From NCBI GenBank assembly GCA_014376525.1, contig JACMRI010000061.1, positions 1-50,668 on the forward strand: a DNA stretch of 50,668 nucleotides, in the 5' to 3' direction. Numbering within the stretch: the stretch's first letter is position 1; each line of letters begins with the position of its first letter. Made by a program: the position numbers and the translations under genes. The stretch comes from Bacteroidia bacterium (GTDB taxonomy: Bacteria > Bacteroidota > Bacteroidia > UBA4408). Shown piece by piece: positions 20,101-29,201 of the stretch. A model generated the notes under the pieces. That model made no database searches, was not told where the DNA came from, and saw only the letters and a list, made by a program, of their open reading frames with translations.

Positions 20101-20789
20101 GCGACACTAGCACGGAAAGAGTACCTATGTATTGCTACCCAAATATTACTGATTATACACCTAAAAAATATACCGTAACGCTAAAGGTAGAAAGTAATTA
20201 TGGCTGTATAAATAGTATCATAAAAACAGATTATATAGAGGTTTATCCAAAGCCCAAAGCCAATTTTAGAGCTACACCAACTACTTATACCATAAGTAAA
20301 GATTTGGTACAAATAACCGATTCGTCTATTATTGCTAGTAATATAGTGTGGGATTACGATGTAAATTATTCGCCTGTAACGTTTGAAAATTCAAAATATA
20401 AAACCTTAAATTACAAAGACAGTGGTACATACATAATAACACAATATGTAGAAAGCTCCTTTGGCTGTAAAGACACTGCTTATAGAACTATTGTGGTAAA
20501 ACCTAATTATAATTTGTTTATACCTAACGCATTTACCCCCAATGATGACGGAACCAACGATATGTTTGCCCCTAAGTTTTTTGGTATGGCTAAGTTAGAT
20601 TTAATGATATTTAACCGTTGGGGCGACTTAATAGCGCGCGTAGATGAAACCAACAAACAAGGCTGGAATGGACTTGATGATCGCACACAAGAGAAGTGTA
20701 AAAGCGACGTGTATTTGTGGAAAGTAAAATATACCACATTAGTAGGTACTACCGAAGAGGCCAACGGAAAAGTTACCTTGTTGCGTTAG
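17175..20789 (+). CDS. Large PKD-repeat surface protein with T9SS type B CTD; tandem paralog of 13827-17138
   Basis: Same domain order with shared blocks (GNDEVGGFPR, FTYYYAVV, GYAYIDADC, QYQWDYNNDGV); CTD FIPNAFTPNDDGTND...FNRWG...GKVTLLR. Confidence 0.9.
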   Translation: MKKHLYTLLIAYFLVAQTLAQHTHVMPNEMATHTLAKQFMSTMNEYKLNLFKQYKFSASNEKIFATKHNEQLSGEQKMVVAQAFHELNASAYLAKKEIELKQNVSNLVRTFNPTIPVISKASISARGVSNGNTTNAISCTACVTNPGFESIGVSDWEGQFGNGGSYTVGYDMGPDNEINTAPKTHHITTAGNDEVGGFPRLCNLIPDNHHSFRLGNKVNGYSNERMTYQFVVDSLKPYFTYYYAVVIEDAGHGTADQPYFTVAMKDASSNPIACASYLVAGSTTGVVGGFTNVGSIAYKSWSPITIPLVGYIGQCVSITFETRDCTFGGHWGYAYIDADCTAPEIVSPPSICNNGKSKVILHAPLGAGSYTWSGPKIQGANNADSVAVVGSGQYTCVMTTAITSGGSPCTYSVTRTVLPAPTPIAQFTNNTPCSGETVQFTNTTTPSGIWTSYLWDFNNDATVDATTLNTEATFFNATPNTISVPVRLQLKTDYCNADTVINIIVNPKPIADAGIDQAICTGSSFTVSCTPTVSYEWYAGLNVFSNTVSTNQTYTTTPIYSNDYTVIAINQYSCKDTDDVRITLNRVPNPDFAAQDVCFPDSTHFTSLSSNTGAGDTYTWVFENNKTGNGNIAAYNYATCGAKPVTLIISTTDNCANTITKNVNVLCKPVASFTTNNVCLYDSATFTNSSIGNTTIKKYQWDFEYGNNNLINPSYVAFNDTLPNVSYKYFAEGNKNVVLIVTNTDGCKDSVLKTFTVYATPTATFNADNVCLNTSSLFISTSTVNAPDGIAQYQWDYNNDGVTDQTSALNTQNYTYPAVYKNDALLIVTTTNGCKDTAVFPIEIYPLPVAQFYAQNKCNDSTVTFINNSTVSYGSIKTSTWSYTFTDGAISNSTVSTSFVFPQEDYYPVLLTATSNFGCVDTQMQVITIYPNPIPEFSSNQKGCTPFCTTEINSSTISTTPVASTIDKYMWSYGTGDTSTERVPMYCYPNITDYTPKKYTVTLKVESNYGCINSIIKTDYIEVYPKPKANFRATPTTYTISKDLVQITDSSIIASNIVWDYDVNYSPVTFENSKYKTLNYKDSGTYIITQYVESSFGCKDTAYRTIVVKPNYNLFIPNAFTPNDDGTNDMFAPKFFGMAKLDLMIFNRWGDLIARVDETNKQGWNGLDDRTQEKCKSDVYLWKVKYTTLVGTTEEANGKVTLLR

Positions 20790-20866
20790 TAAAAAACATT
20801 GAAAAACATAAACGAGAGCTAAAAAAATTAATGTATTTTTAAAAATAAAATACACTTATCAATACT

Positions 20867-21820
20867 ATGCTTAATTTATCAATAGTAATACCTTTATTTA
20901 ACGAAGACGAATCGTTGCCTGAACTCCACAATTGGATAGTAAAAGTAATGACGGAAAACAATTACACGTACGAAATATTGTATATTGACGATGGTTCTAA
21001 GGACAATTCATGGCAAGTAATAGAGCAATTGCAAGCGCAAAACCCTAACGTACGTGGTATAAAATTTCGCAGGAATTATGGTAAATCGGCTGCGCTTAAT
21101 GTAGGCTTTGAAGCCACACAGGGAAGCGTGGTAATAACCATGGATGCGGACTTGCAGGACTCGCCCGAAGAAATACCCGACCTATACAAAATGATAACTG
21201 TAGATGGCTTAGATTTGGTAAGTGGTTGGAAGAAAAAACGATTTGACCCTTTAACTAAAACAATTCCCACTAAACTATTTAACGCTGCAACCCGCCGTAT
21301 GAGTGGTATAGATCTTAATGATTTTAACTGTGGACTTAAAGCTTACAAAAGCGATGTAGTAAAAAGCATAGAGGTATATGGCGAGATGCACCGCTATATA
21401 CCCGTAATAGCTAAGTGGGCAGGCTTTAGCAAAATAGCCGAGAAAGAAGTACAACACCGTGAGCGTAAGTATGGTATTACTAAATTTGGCCTGGAACGAT
21501 TTGTAAATGGTTTCTTGGACTTAATGACCATAACTTTTGTGTCAAAATTTGGTAAGCGACCTATGCACTTTTTTGGTGCAGTGGGTAGTATTATGTTTTT
21601 GTTTGGCGGAGGAGTTTCGTTGTGGTTGCTATTGGAAAAAATTATTAATTCAGCTATACTATTAGTTCCTACACGCTCGGTAACTGCGCAACCATTGTTC
21701 TATTTAGCGTTAGTAGCTATGATTATTGGTACGCAATTATTCTTGGCCGGTTTTATAGGCGAGCTTATAGGGCGTAACTCTAGCACACGTAATCACTATT
21801 TAATAGAGAAAAAAATATAG
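20867..21820 (+). CDS. Glycosyltransferase family 2 (DPM/ArnC-like, polyprenol-phosphate type)
   Basis: SIVIPLFNE, IDDGSKD, RNYGKSAAL, MDADLQD and DFNCGLKAY motifs; two C-terminal TM helices. Confidence 0.9.
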   Translation: MLNLSIVIPLFNEDESLPELHNWIVKVMTENNYTYEILYIDDGSKDNSWQVIEQLQAQNPNVRGIKFRRNYGKSAALNVGFEATQGSVVITMDADLQDSPEEIPDLYKMITVDGLDLVSGWKKKRFDPLTKTIPTKLFNAATRRMSGIDLNDFNCGLKAYKSDVVKSIEVYGEMHRYIPVIAKWAGFSKIAEKEVQHRERKYGITKFGLERFVNGFLDLMTITFVSKFGKRPMHFFGAVGSIMFLFGGGVSLWLLLEKIINSAILLVPTRSVTAQPLFYLALVAMIIGTQLFLAGFIGELIGRNSSTRNHYLIEKKI

Positions 21821-21826
21821 CACATA

Positions 21827-22993
21827 ATGAGCGCAAGTAAAACAATAAACACATCAAAAAAAATAATGATAATAGGTCCTGCATATCCATTGCGTGGAGG
21901 CTTAGCATCGTTTGATGAATTGTTTTGCGAAGCACTCACAGCACAAGGACACACCGCTAGCATAGTAAGTTATTCGTTGCAATATCCTAATTTTTTATTC
22001 CCTGGTAGTACACAGTACCATACCTCTGGGCAAGCACCACAAGGTATAACTATTCACACATTAATAAATAGTGTGAACCCAATATCGTGGATTAAAACGG
22101 CTCAATTTATAAACCGAGAACAACCCGATTTTGTAGTAATACGTTATTGGATTCCATTTATGGGACCCGCATTAGGCACTATTTGCCGTATGTTAAACAA
22201 GCACATAAATATTATAGCCATAACCGATAATGTACTACCACACGAAGCCCGCATAGGCGATAAATTATTTACACGTTATTTTGTAAATGGGTGCAAAGCT
22301 TTTGTAACTATGAGCGAAGCTGTAATGCAAGACTTGCTTAAATTTACAACCACACCGCATCGCAAACGCTTGCTTCACCCATTGTACACGGTATTTGGCA
22401 ATGCGCTACCACAACACGAAGCTCGAGCAAAATTAAATTTATTGCCTACTGATAAAGTAGTGCTGTTTTTTGGCTTAATACGAAAGTACAAAGGTTTGGA
22501 TTTATTGTTAGAAGCCATGGCAGACGAACGCATAAAACAACTCAACATAAAACTATTGGTAGCTGGAGAATATTATGAAGATGAAGCACCATACAATGCA
22601 CTAATACAAACAAGTAACAACGCAAGCAATATACTATTACATACACGTTTTATACCTAACGATGAGGTAAAACTATTTTTTAGTGCCACCAACTTAGTAG
22701 CACTACCTTACCGCAACGCAACACAGAGTGGGGTTACGCAGGTTTCGTTTCATTACGAAACACCTACTATTGTAACCAATGTAGGTGGCTTGGCCGAAAT
22801 TATACCGCATGATAAATGTGGCTATGTGTGCGAACCCAACGCTACGGCAATAGCCGATGCAATAGTTAATTATTTTACATTAAACAAAGAGGCGGAGTTT
22901 AGACAAGGTATGAAAAATGAAAAGAAAAAGTACGAATGGCCAGTGTTTGTGTCTGAAATTATAAATTTACATAATCAATCAACCACATGTTAA
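21827..22993 (+). CDS. Glycosyltransferase family 4
   Basis: GPAYPLRGG, FFGLIRKYKG, LPYRNATQSGV and TNVGGLAE motifs (GT-B fold). Confidence 0.88.
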   Translation: MSASKTINTSKKIMIIGPAYPLRGGLASFDELFCEALTAQGHTASIVSYSLQYPNFLFPGSTQYHTSGQAPQGITIHTLINSVNPISWIKTAQFINREQPDFVVIRYWIPFMGPALGTICRMLNKHINIIAITDNVLPHEARIGDKLFTRYFVNGCKAFVTMSEAVMQDLLKFTTTPHRKRLLHPLYTVFGNALPQHEARAKLNLLPTDKVVLFFGLIRKYKGLDLLLEAMADERIKQLNIKLLVAGEYYEDEAPYNALIQTSNNASNILLHTRFIPNDEVKLFFSATNLVALPYRNATQSGVTQVSFHYETPTIVTNVGGLAEIIPHDKCGYVCEPNATAIADAIVNYFTLNKEAEFRQGMKNEKKKYEWPVFVSEIINLHNQSTTC

Positions 22994-24012
22994 TACGCAG
23001 CAAAGCACCCTTACGCATAGGGCTTGCAGGTGGCGGTACAGATGTATCTCCTTACTCCGACTTATATGGCGGAGCTATACTCAACGCCACCATTAACCTA
23101 TACGCTTACACCACCATAGAACCGTTGTATAATGGTAAAATAGAATTGGTAAACGATACCACCAACGAAACACTTACCCTAGACAGCGCATTGGTGCTTA
23201 AACACAACAAAGCGTTTGAACTGGTAATAGGCGTGTATAACCGTGTAGTAAAAGATTTTGCACACAAACCACTATCGTTCCGTTTAACGTCGCATATTGA
23301 AGCTCCTCAAGGCTCAGGCTTAGGTACAAGTAGTACCATTATGGTTTCGTTGCTTGGCGCATTTGTAGAATGGTTAAATCTCCCATTAGGAAATTACGAT
23401 ATAGCGCATTTGGCGTATGAAATAGAGCGTGTAGATTTAGCTATGGCAGGTGGTAAGCAAGACCAATACGCAGCTACATTTGGCGGAATAAACTTTATGG
23501 AATTTTTGGCAAATGATAGAGTTATAGTAAACCCACTGCAACTAAAACAGGAAGTATTACACGAATTGGATTTAAGTATATTATTGTACTACACTGCCAC
23601 ACAGCGCTCATCGGCCAAAATAATAACCGACCAAGTAGCCAACGTACACAACAAAAACGCACAAGCTATAGACGCTATGCACAACCTTAAAGACCAAGCA
23701 ATACACATGAAAGAAGCCCTACTACGTGGCGAATTACACAAGCTAGGCGAAGTACTGCAACACGGCTGGCACAACAAAAAACTTATGGCGGCAAGCATTA
23801 CCAACACTCAAATAGACGAACTATATGACGCGGCCCTTGCAGCAGGAGCAACGGGTGGAAAAATATCGGGTGCTGGAGGTGGAGGATTTATGTTTTTTTA
23901 TTGCCCAAGTACCACTAAAAACAAGGTTGCCAGAGCCTTACAACAATATGGAGGAAATGTACAATCATTCAAACTAACACCACACGGCTTAACCACATGG
24001 ACCATACGTTAA
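22987..24012 (+). CDS. hddA: D-glycero-alpha-D-manno-heptose-7-phosphate kinase (GHMP kinase)
   Basis: APLRIGLAGGGTDV, PQGSGLGTSS, GGKQDQY and KISGAGGGGF motifs; adjacent to gmhA. Confidence 0.85.
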   Translation: MLIRSKAPLRIGLAGGGTDVSPYSDLYGGAILNATINLYAYTTIEPLYNGKIELVNDTTNETLTLDSALVLKHNKAFELVIGVYNRVVKDFAHKPLSFRLTSHIEAPQGSGLGTSSTIMVSLLGAFVEWLNLPLGNYDIAHLAYEIERVDLAMAGGKQDQYAATFGGINFMEFLANDRVIVNPLQLKQEVLHELDLSILLYYTATQRSSAKIITDQVANVHNKNAQAIDAMHNLKDQAIHMKEALLRGELHKLGEVLQHGWHNKKLMAASITNTQIDELYDAALAAGATGGKISGAGGGGFMFFYCPSTTKNKVARALQQYGGNVQSFKLTPHGLTTWTIR

Positions 24013-24584
24013 TACTTCAAAAACGCATACAACAAAGTATTGATACCAAACAAGCAATACTCCAAAACGCACAACTGCTGGGCGTTACGGCGCAAGTAGC
24101 GCAACTTATAATAGATGCTTACAAAGCAGGCAACAAAGTGCTATGGTGTGGCAACGGCGGTAGTGCTGCCGATGCACAACACTTGGCAGCAGAGCTTTCG
24201 GGGCGTTTTTATTTTGATAGACCACCCCTTAACTCCGATGCTATGCACGTAAATACATCGTACCTCACGGCAGTAAGCAACGACTATGGATACGATGTTG
24301 TGTATAGCCGATTGATAAAAGCCATAGGCAACAAAGGAGATATACTTATAGGTATGAGCACCAGTGGCAATAGTGCCAATGTAATAAATGCTATGGCACA
24401 AGCACGCACGCAAGGCGTAATAACCGTAGCCATGACAGGCGAAACAGGCGGTAAAATGAAACCCGAAGCCGACTACCTTATAAACGTACCCAGCACCGAC
24501 ACCCCCCGCATACAAGAATGCCACATGCTACTTGGCCACACACTGTGCGAGTTGGTAGAAATGGCATTGTTTGGGAAGGAGTAG
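23997..24584 (+). CDS. gmhA: Sedoheptulose-7-phosphate isomerase
   Basis: CGNGGSAADAQH, SNDY, STSGNS and RIQECH motifs. Confidence 0.95.
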   Translation: MDHTLILQKRIQQSIDTKQAILQNAQLLGVTAQVAQLIIDAYKAGNKVLWCGNGGSAADAQHLAAELSGRFYFDRPPLNSDAMHVNTSYLTAVSNDYGYDVVYSRLIKAIGNKGDILIGMSTSGNSANVINAMAQARTQGVITVAMTGETGGKMKPEADYLINVPSTDTPRIQECHMLLGHTLCELVEMALFGKE

Positions 24585-24976
24585 TTAAAAAAGATATACA
24601 AATGGAAGATACACTTAGTGTTGCAACACAAAAGTACAGCCTTTAATAATGAATCTCCTTGTTGATGTTAGACTTCTAGAGTTTAATTAGTGGTGCTGTT
24701 TCAAGTGTTTAGCTATCACAAAGAGTAAACGAAGTAATAGCGTATTGTTACTCACAGAAATTAGAACAAATGAGAGTTCAGTTTTACGTATCACTAACAA
24801 CTAAATAACAAAAGACACAAACAATATGGATGAGCTATATTACTTAAACAAAAAAGGGTGTAGTATTTGATAATAACTAAATAGCTATACTCACCGTTAA
24901 GTAGCAAAAGTGCGCTACAGCAACCGCTACGTATTGAAAAATGGAAAACGGTGTTTTAAAATTTTAACTCAAACAA

Positions 24977-25387
24977 TTACTCCTCCCACACCTTTTCACT
25001 TATTAATACAGTACCTTTAAATGCCGCTACAAGCGCATTATTTTGGTTAGTAATAGCAATGGTGTAAATAGCCAGTTTTCGAGTTTTACTTATTTCGGTT
25101 ACTTGTGCGGTAAGTACATCATTTACTACACATTTGGCAGTATGTGATATAGAGGTTTCTATACTCAAGGCTTGTTGTCCGTAGGCATTAGCAGCAAACG
25201 CTAATGCACTATCTGCTAGCGAATAACTAATGCCACCATGTGCTATGCCAAAGCCATTGAGCATAGTTTCTTTTACGGTAAGTTGCAATGTGCAAGCACC
25301 CTCTTTAATTTCTATAACTTGTATGCCCAACCACTGGCTAAAATGGTCGTGTTGCATCATTTTGTTTACAATAGCAGTTGGAGTCAT
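24977..25387 (-). CDS. paaI: PaaI-family hotdog-fold thioesterase
   Basis: FSQWLGI, MLNGFGIAHGG and LADSALAFA motifs; start reassigned to MTPTAIV at 25387. Confidence 0.85.
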   Translation of the reverse strand: MTPTAIVNKMMQHDHFSQWLGIQVIEIKEGACTLQLTVKETMLNGFGIAHGGISYSLADSALAFAANAYGQQALSIETSISHTAKCVVNDVLTAQVTEISKTRKLAIYTIAITNQNNALVAAFKGTVLISEKVWEE

Positions 25388-25460
25388 GGGCGTGCGTTTA
25401 GAATTAGGATTGTTTTTTAATGAGTTAATTATACTAAAATAAATGTGTAGATTTTTACTA

Positions 25461-28400
25461 TTAAAGCACCAACACTCCATTTACCTCGCCTTTTTGTAAA
25501 TAAATGAGTTTGCCTCGTATAGGCTTATTATATAGGTGTCGTAGCGCATCGGTGTAAGTAATTATTTGTTGCGAGTGGCTAGTGTTGGTTTCGCCTGTTT
25601 TAAAATCATACACCCATACTTCGTGCGTGCATTCTATTACTTTGTCGGGGCGCAGTACTTCGCCTAAGTGGGTAAGTAGGTTTTGCTCGTTGGTTATAGT
25701 TATGGGGTTATTTTTCCATTCGTCCACTGCGTTACTTTGCCATAGGTGTGTAATATCTTGCTGTAGTGTTTCGGCCACGTTAGCGGTAAGTTCTCCGTTA
25801 AGTTGTAGTTGAGCTAATAGCTTTGGTACATCAGTAATATCTTTCATTTGCGCTAGAATAGTATGCAGTACTATACCGTAATTTTTTTGGTCTAACTCTG
25901 TTACTGCTGTATTGATAAGCGTGTGTTTTTTACCTATGCTTAATTCGTTAAACCATATTTTTTCGTTCATACTTACGTCCAGCTTTTCGGTAGGTAGTGC
26001 ATTATGCTTTTGTACAAATGGTTGTAGCGTGCCGTGTGTGTAACATTGCGTAGCTGCATCATAGCAAGTTGAGTTTTTTATAACCTTAGTTACTATTGCA
26101 TTTATGGTTGCGCATTTATCATCATCAAGTTCTAAGGCTACCTCTTTGTTTTTTATTTTGCTTCCGCTAAGTACGTATAGCCTATGCACAGCACGTGTAA
26201 ACGCCACATACAGCGTGTTTAACTCATCGGCCTGCAAACTTATAGCTTCGCTTATGTATAGGTTGTTAAGCACTGTAGGTTCTAATTTTTTATTAATGGT
26301 AACCAAGCCCATTGGCACATCAATGTTTAATGATGACGCATCAATAACTTCATTGCGTTTAAACTTATAATCAGCATTTATTTTAGGTATTATTACCACA
26401 TCAAACTCCAATCCTTTTGATTTGTGTATGGTAAGCACCCTTACCGCATTGCCTGTATTTGCTTGGTTTATCGACTGTTTATAACCTTTGGCGTTCCAAT
26501 ATTCTATGTATTCGGCCCAGCTATCTTGGCCATCAATAGTACGCGCCCACACGTTATTCAAAAACGACAATACATAGTTGGGAGCACGTTCCATAAGTTT
26601 AAATTGCATTACTATATACTGCACGGCATCGTACAAACTTAGGGCTTGCAATGTTTTAAAATTAAGCTGTGGGTGTGTTACATTTATAACCGCGGCTATG
26701 GCTTGTTTACTTCGTAAACTCTGCATAGATTGTAAATACTGGTCTTGTGTGGTGTGTTGGTTATGATACAAATAATTAATTACAGAATGTGCTGCGGTAT
26801 AATTTTGCAAATCGGTAATTAAGGCACATACATTAAGTACAAATTTTACGGTAGTGTTTTTGCCCAACCATAAGGCATCGTCGCTTAATACGTTTATATT
26901 ATTTTCGGTTAAAAACTCAGCAATAGTTGCTCCATCTTTATTGCCACGTACTAGTATAGCTATGTCGCCAAGCGAATATCCATCGGCAATGCAGTTGTTT
27001 ATTTGGTGCAATACGTACTCACACGCAAAGGCATCGTATTGTTCTACCCTATCATATTCTATTAATTGTACGCTTACATACCCGCCTGTATTATCTTCTT
27101 TAAATAATTGTGTGTGTTCTTCGTAATAGCTTGCTACCAAAGGGTTGAGGAGTTGTTTACTTTCCTCAAAAAAATAATTATTAAACTCTATTACCTCTCG
27201 TTTAGACCTAAAATTACTATTCAGTACACTGTTGGTAAAGTTGCGTTGCAATGTGTTTTTATACTCAGTAAATAGCACATTGTTTTCGTCCATAGTAATG
27301 TGTGGTAAGTTACTTATTAGCGATGCTTCGCCACCTCTAAAGCGATAAATAGATTGCTTGGCATCGCCCACCAATAAGTTACTATGCCCCTGCGCAAGGC
27401 TATTATCAAGCAATGGTAACAGGTTAATAAATTGCATGGTGGAAGTATCCTGAAACTCATCTATCAAAAAATGATTGTAGCGTTCGCCCAAGCGTTCGTA
27501 TATAAATGGTGCGGGCTCTTGTGCCACCACTTGCGCTATGGTTGCATTAAATTCGGCAAGCAATGCAGTGTTGTTTTCCTCTTTATATTGTTGTACTAAT
27601 TTATCTATTTCGGTAAGTAATATAAACGCATAAAAATTATCTAACACCAATTGTGTGAGTATAAATACGCTTTTGTTTTCGGTCATTACAGCATATAGTT
27701 CGGTCATCAAACTATTTAACTGTGGGGCTATACTATCTATACTTGCACCTACTTGTTTGGCATTGGTTTTAGCATACCAAGCGTTGTCGCTTATTGCTTT
27801 TTTTACACCTGCTTTATCCAAAAATTCATAGCTCGCTATCGTGTAACGTTCCGTAAGTAATTTGGCAACTTGCCCCATTGGTCCTTTACTGCCCGATGTA
27901 AAATCGGCAACCGTTAAACCTTGTAGCGCCATTAACGTTATTAGTTGTTTGGCTATGTTTTGTGTGTTGGTGGCTATAGTCGTAACTTCTTTTTTTAGCG
28001 CTTGTTGTTGGGTTAAATAATCGGTAAGAGTAACGTGTTGCGTAGTTTTTAGTTTATCAAAATGTTTTTCGTCAAACACTAATTTTCCTGCATTATATAA
28101 GGCTTCGTGCAGTTTATAATCTTTGTCGTTATCCAATTGGTACATTACATACTTTAATATCACGTCTGATAGTACACTATCTTCGCCCGCCTTTGATAGC
28201 AGTTCTTGTACCGCATATTGCAATGGTTCGTGCGTATCTACCGTAAGCTGAAAGTGCGCAGGCATACCCAAATCGCTTGCAAATGTGCGTATAACTTGCG
28301 TAGTAAATTTATCAATGGTCTTAATGCTTATATCGCTGTAATGGTGCAACATGTGCGTATATACACGTGCTGCTCGTACTTGTATGCTTTCGTTAGTTAG

Positions 28401-28682
28401 GTTTAGTTGTTTACTTATCAAATTCAACATTATAAACGCACTAGTGTTGCTTGTAGTATTATTGCACCACGCATTAAGCACGCTAAGCACGCGCTCACGC
28501 ATTTCGCCGGCGGCCTTGTTGGTAAAGGTTATGGCTAATATACTACGGTAATAATCCTCACGCGGGTTGGTTACACACAAGCACAAATATTCTTTTACTA
28601 ATGTAAATGTTTTGCCTGCTCCCGCCGATGATTTATATACTGTAAAGTTTTTGGGAATTGTTGTTATAGGTTCTGCTTGCAT
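25461..28682 (-). CDS. UvrD/AddA-like helicase-nuclease
   Basis: SSAGAGKT, AITFTNKAA, IDEFQDTS, VGDAKQSIYRFRG, TIHKSKGLEF, YVAFTRA; C-terminal RPD...DFKTG nuclease motif. Confidence 0.9.
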   Translation of the reverse strand: MQAEPITTIPKNFTVYKSSAGAGKTFTLVKEYLCLCVTNPREDYYRSILAITFTNKAAGEMRERVLSVLNAWCNNTTSNTSAFIMLNLISKQLNLTNESIQVRAARVYTHMLHHYSDISIKTIDKFTTQVIRTFASDLGMPAHFQLTVDTHEPLQYAVQELLSKAGEDSVLSDVILKYVMYQLDNDKDYKLHEALYNAGKLVFDEKHFDKLKTTQHVTLTDYLTQQQALKKEVTTIATNTQNIAKQLITLMALQGLTVADFTSGSKGPMGQVAKLLTERYTIASYEFLDKAGVKKAISDNAWYAKTNAKQVGASIDSIAPQLNSLMTELYAVMTENKSVFILTQLVLDNFYAFILLTEIDKLVQQYKEENNTALLAEFNATIAQVVAQEPAPFIYERLGERYNHFLIDEFQDTSTMQFINLLPLLDNSLAQGHSNLLVGDAKQSIYRFRGGEASLISNLPHITMDENNVLFTEYKNTLQRNFTNSVLNSNFRSKREVIEFNNYFFEESKQLLNPLVASYYEEHTQLFKEDNTGGYVSVQLIEYDRVEQYDAFACEYVLHQINNCIADGYSLGDIAILVRGNKDGATIAEFLTENNINVLSDDALWLGKNTTVKFVLNVCALITDLQNYTAAHSVINYLYHNQHTTQDQYLQSMQSLRSKQAIAAVINVTHPQLNFKTLQALSLYDAVQYIVMQFKLMERAPNYVLSFLNNVWARTIDGQDSWAEYIEYWNAKGYKQSINQANTGNAVRVLTIHKSKGLEFDVVIIPKINADYKFKRNEVIDASSLNIDVPMGLVTINKKLEPTVLNNLYISEAISLQADELNTLYVAFTRAVHRLYVLSGSKIKNKEVALELDDDKCATINAIVTKVIKNSTCYDAATQCYTHGTLQPFVQKHNALPTEKLDVSMNEKIWFNELSIGKKHTLINTAVTELDQKNYGIVLHTILAQMKDITDVPKLLAQLQLNGELTANVAETLQQDITHLWQSNAVDEWKNNPITITNEQNLLTHLGEVLRPDKVIECTHEVWVYDFKTGETNTSHSQQIITYTDALRHLYNKPIRGKLIYLQKGEVNGVLVL

Positions 28683-28805
28683 GTGTTGTGTGTTTTATAC
28701 TAGTTTACCATTGTAATGTGGTGTAGTTGTTAAATAGTCTGTATGCTTGTTGCCAGAGTAAATCAGATAATTTTAAAATAAAAAACACAACCTCATTTTT
28801 TTAAA

Positions 28806-29114
28806 TTACCTAATGCATTGCAATTCCTCCACTATGTTACCATTAATTAAATGGTTGGTTACTATTTTTTCTACATCGGCCAACTGCACGTTTTTATAAA
28901 ACACACCCTCAGGATATACTACCACCATTGGGCCGTTGTCGCATAAATCTAAACACCCTGCTTTTTGCGCACGTATTTTTATGGGTAATTTAGCGTTTTT
29001 TATTTGTAGTTTAAACTCGCCAACTAAAGCTAGCCCTACACTTTCTCCACAACTTTTTTTGTAGCTATTGGGGCGTTCGTGTGTGCATATAAATAAGTGT
29101 TTTTCGTATATCAT
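28806..29114 (-). CDS. Thioredoxin-like [2Fe-2S] ferredoxin
   Basis: FIC...SC...GCLDLC..GP.VVVYPEGVFY with four Cys ligands. Confidence 0.88.
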   Translation of the reverse strand: MIYEKHLFICTHERPNSYKKSCGESVGLALVGEFKLQIKNAKLPIKIRAQKAGCLDLCDNGPMVVVYPEGVFYKNVQLADVEKIVTNHLINGNIVEELQCIR

Positions 29115-29137
29115 AGTAAGTTTGTATAAGTACCACT

Positions 29138-29166
29138 AACGCCCAACCTTATTAAGATTGGGCGTT
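29138..29166. terminator. Stem-loop between nuoD and the ferredoxin gene
   Basis: AACGCCCAA-CCTTATTAAGA-TTGGGCGTT: a perfect 9-bp outer stem; weak U-tail on the minus strand. Confidence 0.55.
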
Positions 29167-29201
29167 TGACGTAGTGTGTTATTAAAATTAATGTATTACA
29201 A

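Noticed and set aside
24585-24976. Possible hddC/gmhB remnant in the gap after gmhA
   Set aside because: The frame from the ATG at 24602 has about 11 stops in ~120 codons, and no nucleotidyltransferase or HAD motif was seen.
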